Notes under the pieces: model-generated
What the model was told of the DNA's origin: nothing
Seen by the model: the letters and a program-made list of their open reading frames with translations, nothing else
Databases searched by the model: none
Shown: positions 17,327 to 26,675 of the stretch, piece by piece
Layout: the number at the start of each line of letters is the position of its first letter
Position numbering within the stretch: the first letter of the stretch is position 1
Origin: Tubiluchus corallicola
Lineage: Eukaryota > Animalia > Priapulida
Direction: 5' to 3'
Assembly: GCA_030141605.1 (NCBI GenBank)
Contig: JAQGDQ010002460.1
Span: 1-29,305 of the forward strand
DNA length: 29,305 nt
Program-made: the position numbers and the translations under genes

Positions 17327-19136
17327 TTGAACCTCCATATTTTGAGTGTTTATTGTGGACGTTTTTCCAACGTTTTTTTAAATAATGAGCTGCCATTTTG
17401 GGTTGGCGCTGCCTTGTAAAAATTCCTTTTTTATTTCCATCAACTCTAACTATGTCTTGAGCAGTCATAAAGTCAGCAAAATTCCATACATGCTCACCTA
17501 TTATAAATGGATATTTATCAAAAACTTTATTGTATGTTTTTAAAAATTCTACTTGAAATTCTTCTGTGAACATAGTTCCTGGTAGTTTGTGTAAACCTGA
17601 TATAGTATCAACTCCATATTCTGTTATTATAATAGGTTTATTTTCATGCTCATACCATTTTTCAAGCCATTTTCTTAATTTTTTTCCGCCTGATTTAATA
17701 TCACCTTTTTCAGAATACCATCCAAAATATAAATTTAAGCCAATTATATCAAAGTATTTTGAAACATAGCATTTTCCTGGTTCAATAAGCATAAGATTTA
17801 CATTTAGTAGTGGTCTATGATCTATTTTTCTGATTTCATCTACTAGAGTTTTAAAATATTTTTCTGATTTTTTCTCCATAACAGAAGCTTCATTTGCTAG
17901 AGACCACATAACAACACAAGGATGGTTTTTATCCCTTGCAATCATTTCTTTTGTTAACCTAATATGTTCTTTTAAAGTTTTATCATTTATTTTATCATCA
18001 CGAAACACTCCATCTAGTTCACCAATTGCTGGAACAGATTGGCCTAGCATTCCTACTGCTGGTACTTCATTAATTACAACTACTCCGTATTGATCTGCTA
18101 AATCTAATATTTCTTCTGAATATGGATAATGAGAAGTTCTAAAAGAATTTGCATTTATCCATTTTAATAAATTAAAGTCTTTAATGTTTAGGGCATCATC
18201 TAATCCTTTGCCTTTTATGTCCATATCCTCATGTTTGCCAAAACCTTTAAAATAAAAAGCTTTATCGTTAATATATAGTTTATTATTTTCTATTTTTATA
18301 GTTCTAATTCCAATATCTAAATTATATGAATCAAATATTTCATTGTTATTTATAATACTTGCTTTTAATTTATATAGATATGGGTTTCCTGGTTTCCATA
18401 AAATTACATTTTTTATTTTTACTTTATTTTTATTACCTTTAGAGCTTCCAACGAGATTATTATTTTTATTGTAGATATCAACTTGTATGTTGACATTTTT
18501 CATATTAGTTGTTATCTCATAACTTATTATTCCAAAGTTTTCACAAAAATCGGTATCAACAATAATGTCCTTAATATAGATTTTAGGAACAGAATATAGA
18601 TATACAGGTCTATGAATTCCACTATAGTTAAAAAAATCATGTTGTTGTTTTATCTTTTTTTTCTGACAGCCATCTACATCTTCAATAATAATAGTTTCTC
18701 CTGGAGGTAATGTTTGCCAAGTAAGTTCATTGTTAACACAGATAATAACAATGTTTTCTTCTCCAAATTTTATTTCATTAGTAATATCAGCTTCAAATGG
18801 TAAAAAACCACCAATATACTCCTTTACAAGTATGCCATTTATCCAAATTTTAGAATTATGTGAAGCACTTCCTATTCTAATAAATATTTTTTCATTATTT
18901 AAAAATTTTGGTACTACAATTTTTTTTTCATACCAGACATTTCCTACAAAATTTTTTAGCTCAGGTCTTGTAGTAATATCATTATAGCTAGCAGGTACTG
19001 GCATTAGTTCAAAATCCTTTAATCCACTTTCATACCACTTATTTATATAGCCTTCTTCATTGTGGTCTTCTTTAAAGTTCCATATACCTACCAAAGAAAT
19101 AAGGTGTCTTGATATTGTTTGCTTTGGATATAACAT
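17319..19136 (-). CDS. uidA: GH2 beta-glucuronidase (no signal peptide, so probably cytoplasmic)
   Basis: MLYP start, DFFNYSGIHR, GKHED, RTSHYPY, WSLANE, TEYG, WNFADF and the GUS-type NxKG motif (GNKKG). ATG 19136 preferred as start. Confidence 0.9.
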   Translation of the reverse strand: MLYPKQTISRHLISLVGIWNFKEDHNEEGYINKWYESGLKDFELMPVPASYNDITTRPELKNFVGNVWYEKKIVVPKFLNNEKIFIRIGSASHNSKIWINGILVKEYIGGFLPFEADITNEIKFGEENIVIICVNNELTWQTLPPGETIIIEDVDGCQKKKIKQQHDFFNYSGIHRPVYLYSVPKIYIKDIIVDTDFCENFGIISYEITTNMKNVNIQVDIYNKNNNLVGSSKGNKNKVKIKNVILWKPGNPYLYKLKASIINNNEIFDSYNLDIGIRTIKIENNKLYINDKAFYFKGFGKHEDMDIKGKGLDDALNIKDFNLLKWINANSFRTSHYPYSEEILDLADQYGVVVINEVPAVGMLGQSVPAIGELDGVFRDDKINDKTLKEHIRLTKEMIARDKNHPCVVMWSLANEASVMEKKSEKYFKTLVDEIRKIDHRPLLNVNLMLIEPGKCYVSKYFDIIGLNLYFGWYSEKGDIKSGGKKLRKWLEKWYEHENKPIIITEYGVDTISGLHKLPGTMFTEEFQVEFLKTYNKVFDKYPFIIGEHVWNFADFMTAQDIVRVDGNKKGIFTRQRQPKMAAHYLKKRWKNVHNKHSKYGGSNG

Positions 19137-19152
19137 TATACCACCCTTCACA

Positions 19153-19190
19153 AACCCCCAGAAAATAAATTATTCAATTTCCTGGAGGTT
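19153..19190 (-). other. 14-bp RNA hairpin between dctP and uidA
   Basis: AACCUCCAGGAAAU / AUUUUCUGGGGGUU pairs fully (two G-U pairs) only on the minus strand. Confidence 0.75.
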
Positions 19191-19209
19191 ATAAAATTTA
19201 TGATTTTAG

Positions 19210-20202
19210 CTACTCTAATCCTTTGAAAGCATCTAATAATTCTTTAACTTTTGGCATTTTTTTACTGTATTTATCTATTACTGGGATAGCAGCTTCTCTA
19301 AAAGGAGCTTTATCAACGTCATTAAACGTTACCCCTAAATTTTCTATTGCTTCTTTTTTAGCATCAGAGATTGCTTTGTTCCATAGAGGTTTATGGTAAT
19401 TTGTTGACTCAATAGCAGCTTCTTGAACAGCATTTTTTTGCTCTTCTGTCAAAGATTCCCAAGTCTTTGTACTTATAACTAAAATATCAGGAATTCTAGT
19501 GTGTTCATCATAACTAAAATGTTTTGCCACTTCCCCATGTTTTCCATTTGTTAAGGCTGTCTCATTACTTTCAGCTCCATTAATAACCCCTGATTGTAAA
19601 GATGTGTATACTTCACTATAAGGAATACCAACTGGAGTTCCTCCTAATGTTTTTACCATATCAGTTTGGGACTCAAACCCCATTACTCTTATTTTCACTC
19701 CTTTCAAATCATCAGGAGATTCAATTGCTTTATTCACTGTATAAAAAGAACGGGCGCCTGAATTATAAAATGTTAACCCTATGAAGCCTTTATCTTTTGT
19801 GTTGTTATATAATTTTTTTACAGCATCTGACTCCATACTTTCAAAATAATGTTTTTCACTTGTAAATACATAGGGTAGTGTAAAAGCATTATATCCTTCA
19901 TCATAAGTTGTTAAAGCTGCTGCAGATACTTTTGTCATAGAAACTGCTCCTACTTGTAATTGTTCTAATACTTCTGACTCAGAGCCAAGTTGACCATTTG
20001 GGAAAATATTTACTTTAACCTCATTATCTGTCTTTTCTTCAACTAATTTTTTAAATTCACTTAAAGCTAAATGAACAGTATGACTTTCATTTAAGTTGTG
20101 GGCTAGCTTGAGAGTAGTTTTTCCACTACTAGAGCTTGAGCTTCCTCCACAGCTAATTAATACAAAAAATAAGATTACTGATATAAATATTGTTTTTTTC
20201 AT
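19210..20202 (-). CDS. dctP: TRAP transporter substrate-binding lipoprotein
   Basis: Lipobox LISC with a Ser linker; FPNGQLGSE, DLKGVKIR and EVYTSLQSGVI motifs. Confidence 0.92.
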   Translation of the reverse strand: MKKTIFISVILFFVLISCGGSSSSSSGKTTLKLAHNLNESHTVHLALSEFKKLVEEKTDNEVKVNIFPNGQLGSESEVLEQLQVGAVSMTKVSAAALTTYDEGYNAFTLPYVFTSEKHYFESMESDAVKKLYNNTKDKGFIGLTFYNSGARSFYTVNKAIESPDDLKGVKIRVMGFESQTDMVKTLGGTPVGIPYSEVYTSLQSGVINGAESNETALTNGKHGEVAKHFSYDEHTRIPDILVISTKTWESLTEEQKNAVQEAAIESTNYHKPLWNKAISDAKKEAIENLGVTFNDVDKAPFREAAIPVIDKYSKKMPKVKELLDAFKGLE

Positions 20203-20244
20203 TAGAAACCTCCTACTTTATATTTTATATCTTAGAGCTTTTGA

Positions 20245-21267
20245 TTATCTTTGTACTCTACCTGAAGCATCACCACCTGCAAGAGCTTCAACTTCTTCTC
20301 TAGTTACTAGATTAAAATCCCCAAATATAGTATGTTTTAGTGCAGAAGCAGCTACAGCAAATTCTAAAGCTTCTCCTTGTGACTTACCATCAAGCAAACC
20401 ACAGATAAGTCCACCTGCAAATGAATCACCACCACCAACTCTATCTACTATTCTTACATCGTATTTTTTAGATCTATAAAATTCACTTCCGTTATATATT
20501 AAAGCTGACCAACCATTATCTGAAGCTGAATATGACTCTCTAAGTGTAGTTACAACGTATTTAAATCCAAATTTATTTTTCATTTCAGTAAATATTTTCT
20601 TATAGCCTTCTATTTCAAGCTTTCCACTAGTTACGTTTGTACGGCCTGGTTTAAAGCCTAAACAAAGTTCTGCATCTTCTTCATTTCCAATACAAACATC
20701 AACATATTTCATTAGCTTAGTCATAACCTCTTGAGCTCTTGTTGGAGTCCATAATTTTTTTCTATAGTTTAAATCAACTGATACTGTAACATTATGTTTT
20801 TTAGCTGTTTTTAAAGCCTCTTCAGTGAGTACTGCTGCTTTTTCTGAAATAGCAGGAGTAATACCTGAGAAATGAAACCATTTTGCATGTTCAAATATTT
20901 TGTCAAAATTAAAATCTTCTGTATCTGCTTCTGAAATTGCAGAATGTGCTCTATCATAAATTACCTTTGATGCTCTCATTGATGCTCCTGTTTCTAAAAA
21001 ATATATTCCTAATCGATCTCCTCCTCTAGCTATATAATTTGTTTTTACATTATATTTTTTAAGGTTATTAACTGTACACTGCCCTATTTCATGTTTAGGA
21101 ACTTTAGATACAAAGTAGGCATCAAAACCATAGTTAGCAAGGGACACTGCTACATTTGCCTCTCCTCCTCCATAAATTATATCGAAGCTATTAGTTTGAG
21201 AAAACCTTAGATGATTAGGCGCCGATAATCTCAACATTATTTCACCCATTGTAACTACTTTTTTCAT
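20245..21267 (-). CDS. kdgK: 2-dehydro-3-deoxygluconokinase (PfkB family)
   Basis: GEIMLRL, GGGEANVA, DLNYRKKLW and DRVGGGDSF motifs; adjacent to eda. Confidence 0.9.
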   Translation of the reverse strand: MKKVVTMGEIMLRLSAPNHLRFSQTNSFDIIYGGGEANVAVSLANYGFDAYFVSKVPKHEIGQCTVNNLKKYNVKTNYIARGGDRLGIYFLETGASMRASKVIYDRAHSAISEADTEDFNFDKIFEHAKWFHFSGITPAISEKAAVLTEEALKTAKKHNVTVSVDLNYRKKLWTPTRAQEVMTKLMKYVDVCIGNEEDAELCLGFKPGRTNVTSGKLEIEGYKKIFTEMKNKFGFKYVVTTLRESYSASDNGWSALIYNGSEFYRSKKYDVRIVDRVGGGDSFAGGLICGLLDGKSQGEALEFAVAASALKHTIFGDFNLVTREEVEALAGGDASGRVQR

Positions 21268-21288
21268 AACTTTATCCCTCCTATATAG

Positions 21289-21930
21289 TTATATGTTTTT
21301 AGACCTTATATTTTTTATTTTTTCTACAAAAATTTCTGCTGTTTTAGTTATCTCTTCACTTGTTCCACAAGCTAGTCTTCCTCCAGCACCACAAGCTATT
21401 GCCCCATTTTCTATCCAGTCTTCTACATTTTCCACACTAACTCCACCTGTAGGCATTATATTCACTTGAGGTAAAGGACCTTTTACACTTTTTATAAAGG
21501 AAGGAGTAAAAGCACTTCCAGGAAATAATTTTATTATATCGCACCCTGACTCCATAGCTACTATCATTTCTTTTATATTCATGCAACCAGGAATATATGG
21601 TACTTGATATCTGTTACAAAGCTTTGCTGTATCTAAATCAAAACTAGGAGACACTATATATTCTGCTCCAGATAAAATTGCTATTCTTGCAGTTTCTGAA
21701 TCTAATACTGTTCCAGCTCCAATGATTAATTTATCTTTAGAGATAGTTTCTTTCAAGGTTTTTATTACTTCATTAGCTCCTGCTACAGTGTATGTAACTT
21801 CTATAGCTGATATTCCTCCTTCTATACATGCCTTTGATATTCTTATTGCTTCTTCTGTATTCTTTGCTCTAATAACTGCTACTATACCTACACTAGCAAT
21901 TTTATTTAGTATCTTAAATTTTTTTAACAT
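21289..21930 (-). CDS. eda: KDPG/KHG aldolase
   Basis: AVIR, IEVT, GAGTVLD, KLFPG and MPTGGV motifs. Confidence 0.92.
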   Translation of the reverse strand: MLKKFKILNKIASVGIVAVIRAKNTEEAIRISKACIEGGISAIEVTYTVAGANEVIKTLKETISKDKLIIGAGTVLDSETARIAILSGAEYIVSPSFDLDTAKLCNRYQVPYIPGCMNIKEMIVAMESGCDIIKLFPGSAFTPSFIKSVKGPLPQVNIMPTGGVSVENVEDWIENGAIACGAGGRLACGTSEEITKTAEIFVEKIKNIRSKNI

Positions 21931-21997
21931 CTAGTCCCCCTAAAACAAATTTTAAATTTTAATAAACTATAATATTAACTAATAAAATTTTTACACT

Positions 21998-23600
21998 TTA
22001 CAGTGACACGTACTTTTTAAGAGTTTTCTTTACTGAGCCTTTTTCTGCAATTAATTCTTTAAATAAATCTTCTACTCTATTCCCTAAATTTACTTTATAA
22101 AGGTTTACTCCAAATATTTTTTCACTTTCAAGTAATGCTTTTATATCAATATTTTTATCTCCTAATTTTATATTTTTTATATGAGGAAGCAGATCTTTTA
22201 GCATTGGATCTGGACTTACAGTAAAGGTATTTCCATCATCATCAATTCCCATGAGATATCTTATCCACCCAGCTAGTACTAAAGGTATAATTTTCAAATC
22301 TTCAGTATCTAAATCTCCCCTTTTTTCATAAGCTTTTATTGTTTCTCCAAATCTAATTGACAACTTTTGAGATGTATCTGTTGCTATTCTTTGAGGAGTG
22401 TCTAACAGAAATGGATTTGGAAATCTTACTTCTATTACTTCTTTTATAAATTTTTTTGGATCAATAATTTTTGGATCTACTACTACTTTTATTGCTTCAT
22501 CATATGCAAGCTTTTCTACTAATTTTCTCAATACATTATCCTTCATTTCATCTGCAATAGTTTCTTTCTTTAAAAGACAACCAAAAATAGCTAAAGCAGT
22601 ATGTAAGGGGTTAAGGCATGTACATACTTTCATTTTTTCTACTTTATCTACTGTTTCCTTATTTGTGAAAATAACTCTTACTTCTTCTAGCTTTGGCCTT
22701 CCATTAGGAAAATCATCTTCAATTACTAGATATTGTGATTCCTCTGCATTAACAAAGGCAGCTGAATAAGAATTTTTACTTGTAACTATAATTTCACTAT
22801 CTTGAAATCCATCTATTTCTAATTTTTCTTTTATTGTTTTATCTGGTCTAGGTGTTATTTTATCAATCATAGTCCAAGGAAAAGCAACTGAATTGTCTAT
22901 GTATTCTAAAAACTCTTTTTCAAAAAAACCTTTTTCTACCCATGCCTTAGCATAAACTTTTACAGCATTATAAAGTTTACTTCCATTATGTGAGCAGTTA
23001 TCCATACTTACTAAAGAAATAGGTATTTTGCCATTTGTATATCTTTCATAACAAAGTACAGTTAATTTTCCTATTATATTAGAAGCTGTTTCTGGTTCAT
23101 TTTCCAAATCTTTCACAACAATTTGTAGTAATTCGTCTTTATTATTAACTAAAGAATATCCTTTTTCAGTAATTGTAAAACTAACCATCTGTAAAGAAGA
23201 TTTTCTAAATATTTCTTTTAATCTTTCCCAATGTTTTTTCTCATTTGCATCTACTTTTACAGCTTCTACAACACTTCCTATAACTTCTTTTTCAATATTT
23301 CCATTACTTCTTAAAGTTATTAAAACACTTAAATTATCATAAGGAGTGTACACTTTATCTAAAAGATCATAATCATACCCTTCAGCTACAATTAAACCTC
23401 TATTTGTCTTTTTTTCATTTAACATTTTATTTAGTATTGCTGCTGGAAAAGCTCTAAAAAGATTTCCTGCAACAAAAATGGAGCCAAGTTGGATTTTCCA
23501 TTGTTTCTATTTTTAGTTTCTCTCTATCATATGTAGGAACTGTATATCCTTTTTCTATCCATTTTTCTTTATTTAAAATACATTTATTAGTTAGTTTCAA
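21998..23600 (-). pseudogene. uxuB: Mannitol-dehydrogenase-family D-mannonate oxidoreductase (fructuronate reductase) with a one-base insertion frameshift near 23471-23478
   Basis: TTG start at 23600 (SD GAGGTG) encodes ...ENPTWLHF and stops at 23454-23456. The continuation VAGNLFRAFPA is in the frame of the 21998-23425 ORF (FTITEKGY, SMDN, MIDKITP, LNPLHTA). Total length is 1603 nt (3n+1). Confidence 0.8.
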
Positions 23601-23624
23601 TAAATTCCACCTCTCTAATTAGTA

Positions 23625-24716
23625 TTACTTACAACACTTAGTATTATTTTTTATTTCATCTAAAGTATCCCAAATACCTAACATATACATTACACCTAGC
23701 GATCGATCATACAAACCATATCCTGGTCTACATGTTTTTTCTTCTCCCCATAAATGTCTACCATGATCTGGCCTTATATATCCTTCAAAGTTATTATCAT
23801 GATATGCTTTTAGTGTATTCAAAATATCTACTGAGCCGTCTTTAGTTCTATGTGAAGTCTCAATAAAGTCTCCATTTTCTAATACTTTAACATTTCTAAT
23901 ATGTGCAAAATAAATCCTATCATGAAACTCTTTTATTATTTCTGGAATATCATTTTCTATACTAGCTCCTAAGGATCCGCTACAAAGAGTTAGTCCGCTA
24001 TACTTATTATTTACTAGTTTTAAAAATTTTTTTATATTATCTCTGTTAGTGATAATTCTAGGTAAACCAAAAATTGGCCAAGGTGGGTCATCAGGATGAA
24101 TAGCCATTTTTATGTCGTTTGCTTCAGCAACTGGAATAATTTGTTCTAAAAAATATTTCAAATTTTCCCATAAATTTGCTTCACTTACATTTTCATAAGC
24201 TTTTAGAGATTCTTTTATTACTGCCATTCTTTCTGGTTCCCAGCCAGGCATTGTTTTTTCTCCAGCTCCTTCTAATATTCTATTAACTACTTCTTGAGCT
24301 TTTTTTCCTTCAACTAATTTTTTTTCATAAAAAAGTGAATTTGAACCATCTAAATTTTTTTTGTATAAATCTGTTCTTGTCCAGTCAAATACAGGCATAA
24401 AATTATAGCAAATAACTTTTACTCCTACTTTAGCTAACTTGATAATAGTTTTTTTATAGTTTTCAATGTACTTGTCTCTACTAGAAAGTCCTAACTTTAT
24501 ATCTTCATGGACATTAACACTTTCTACCACCTCGTTATTAAATCCATAGCTATTTAATTTTACTTTAACTTCTTCAATTTGATCCATAGACCACTCTACT
24601 CCTGCTGGTAAATCATGTAGAGACCATACTATTCCTTCTACACCAGGAATTTGCTTGATGTGATCTAAAGTAACGTCATCATTTCCATCTCCATACCATC
24701 TCCACACCATTTTCAT
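23625..24716 (-). CDS. uxuA: Mannonate dehydratase
   Basis: WRWYG, CYNFMPVFDWTRT, HPDDPPW, RPDHG and GYGLYDR motifs; ATG 24716 follows SD GGAGG. Confidence 0.95.
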   Translation of the reverse strand: MKMVWRWYGDGNDDVTLDHIKQIPGVEGIVWSLHDLPAGVEWSMDQIEEVKVKLNSYGFNNEVVESVNVHEDIKLGLSSRDKYIENYKKTIIKLAKVGVKVICYNFMPVFDWTRTDLYKKNLDGSNSLFYEKKLVEGKKAQEVVNRILEGAGEKTMPGWEPERMAVIKESLKAYENVSEANLWENLKYFLEQIIPVAEANDIKMAIHPDDPPWPIFGLPRIITNRDNIKKFLKLVNNKYSGLTLCSGSLGASIENDIPEIIKEFHDRIYFAHIRNVKVLENGDFIETSHRTKDGSVDILNTLKAYHDNNFEGYIRPDHGRHLWGEEKTCRPGYGLYDRSLGVMYMLGIWDTLDEIKNNTKCCK

Positions 24717-24829
24717 ATAACTTTCCTCCATTATATTGCATTTTTAATAATTTTGATATACTTTTTACTTTGATATTTTTGTTTTAAGTGAAAACATTAG
24801 ATAAAAAATAATACTATATCTTCACAAGA

Positions 24830-26641
24830 TTACTTTTTGTATAGTGGGCCATAAGCCTTACAAGCTCTAAAGTCTGCTCCTTCTAGATGCTTTGTTCCAA
24901 AATTGCTCCAAGCAGATGGTCTCATAATTTTTTCCTCTTCAACATTATGCATCATTATAGGTATTCTTAGCATTGAAGCTAAAGTTATAATGTCTTCACC
25001 TATATGACCATAACTAAATGCACAATGATTTGAACCCCAAGATTTCATTACAGAATAAACTGATTTAAAGGCACCTTCTCCTGTAAGCTTAGGAACAAAG
25101 AATGTTTTTGGCCACGTTGGATCTGTTCTAGAAATAATTATACTTTCAAGCTCTTCATTTAAATCTATTGAATAACCTTCAGCAATTTGCAATACTGGAC
25201 CTAACCCTTTTACTAAGTTTAATCTTGTCATAGTAATTGGCATACCACCTTTGGTTTTAAAGCTAGAAGAATATCCTCCTCCTCTAAAAGAAGCGAGCTT
25301 TCCTGGTCCCCACTTTGTTGAAGCTATACATTTTTTTACATCATTGCTTGTGATTTCCCAGTGTGGTTTCATTGCTGGTTTTCCATTAATTTCCATTTCA
25401 CCTGATCCATCTAAAGCAGCTGATCCTGAATTTGTCAAATAGATAAACCCATTTTTAGCACTTTCACTAACTTCTTCATTTGGAGATACTCTTTTTAATG
25501 CATCTGGGCTCCAATAAGTTCTTACATCTGCAAATATTGATGCTCCTCCTGTTAAAAGATGGCCAAATAGCATACTAATTGCATTTAGGCTGTCATTTTC
25601 AGTTGCAACAATATATGATTCTCTTATACCATTCCAGTCAAAAGATGAATTTAAAATAGCTTCCATAAAATCACCATTAGGAAAATAATCTGTCCAATGC
25701 CTTTGTCCTTGAAATCCACTTGCAATGGCATTATGTCCCTCTGATTCTTCTGTGTAGCCTATTTTTTCTAAATGCTTATTCCCAATCATTAGATCTCTAG
25801 CAATCAAAGTCATTTTTATTACAAACTCCCAGTTTTTATCTTTTTGTTCTCTAGATTCTTGAATTTCAGGTTTATTTGGGTCTTTCATTTCCCTACAATT
25901 TTCCTTTACCCACTCAACAGCTTTTTCAAATTCACTTTCGTCGTATATCTTTTTTTCAATTCTACGAATGAATTCACTCATATCAATATATTCATTTCGC
26001 ATACCTAAATATGTCTCAAATAAATCAGGATCAATTATAGAACCCCCTATTCCCATAGAAACACTTCCCATTGATAAATAAGACTTTCCTTTCATAGTAG
26101 ATACAGCTATAGCAGATTTTGCAAATTTTAAAAGTTGAAAAGCTACATCTTCAGGTATAGAAATATCATCCATTTCTTGTACATCTTTACCATAAATTTT
26201 AAAAATTGGAAGGCCCTTTTGCTCAGCTGCAGCAATAGCTCCAGCTAAATACACTGACCCAGGTCTTTGACTCCCGTTAAATCCCCAAATTGCTTTTGGA
26301 ATTGTTGGATCCATTTCCATAAGCTCAGAAGCATAAGCCCATGCGTAAGTGACATCAATTATTGCTCCAACATTTTCTTTTTTAAAATATTCTGAGGTTT
26401 TAACTGCCTCTGACACTCCACCAATAGTTGTAGGTGAAGTTATTACATCTACAGGGGCCCCGTTTGAGTGCTTTAAACTTTTAGAAATTAAATCTACAAC
26501 TTTATCAGCTATTTTTTTTGTATTTTCTTCTAATGCTTCTCTTACACCATTTCTTCTTCCATCTATTATGAGTCTAACACCAACTTTAGGTAATTTACCA
26601 TTCAACCTACTTATATTACTTAAATGTTTACTTTTAGCCAC
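24830..26641 (-). CDS. fucI: L-fucose/D-arabinose isomerase family protein (specificity uncertain)
   Basis: IDGRR, FQGQRHWTD, DFMEAILN, ATENDSLN and WGSNHC metal/catalytic motifs. GTG start with SD GGAGG. Confidence 0.85.
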   Translation of the reverse strand: MAKSKHLSNISRLNGKLPKVGVRLIIDGRRNGVREALEENTKKIADKVVDLISKSLKHSNGAPVDVITSPTTIGGVSEAVKTSEYFKKENVGAIIDVTYAWAYASELMEMDPTIPKAIWGFNGSQRPGSVYLAGAIAAAEQKGLPIFKIYGKDVQEMDDISIPEDVAFQLLKFAKSAIAVSTMKGKSYLSMGSVSMGIGGSIIDPDLFETYLGMRNEYIDMSEFIRRIEKKIYDESEFEKAVEWVKENCREMKDPNKPEIQESREQKDKNWEFVIKMTLIARDLMIGNKHLEKIGYTEESEGHNAIASGFQGQRHWTDYFPNGDFMEAILNSSFDWNGIRESYIVATENDSLNAISMLFGHLLTGGASIFADVRTYWSPDALKRVSPNEEVSESAKNGFIYLTNSGSAALDGSGEMEINGKPAMKPHWEITSNDVKKCIASTKWGPGKLASFRGGGYSSSFKTKGGMPITMTRLNLVKGLGPVLQIAEGYSIDLNEELESIIISRTDPTWPKTFFVPKLTGEGAFKSVYSVMKSWGSNHCAFSYGHIGEDIITLASMLRIPIMMHNVEEEKIMRPSAWSNFGTKHLEGADFRACKAYGPLYKK

Positions 26642-26675
26642 TTTTATCCTCCGCTTAATTTATATAAACTTTATA

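Noticed and set aside
24752-24776. TTTGATAT direct repeat upstream of uxuA as an operator
   Set aside because: Only 8 AT-rich bases and no convincing UxuR/ExuR-type dyad.
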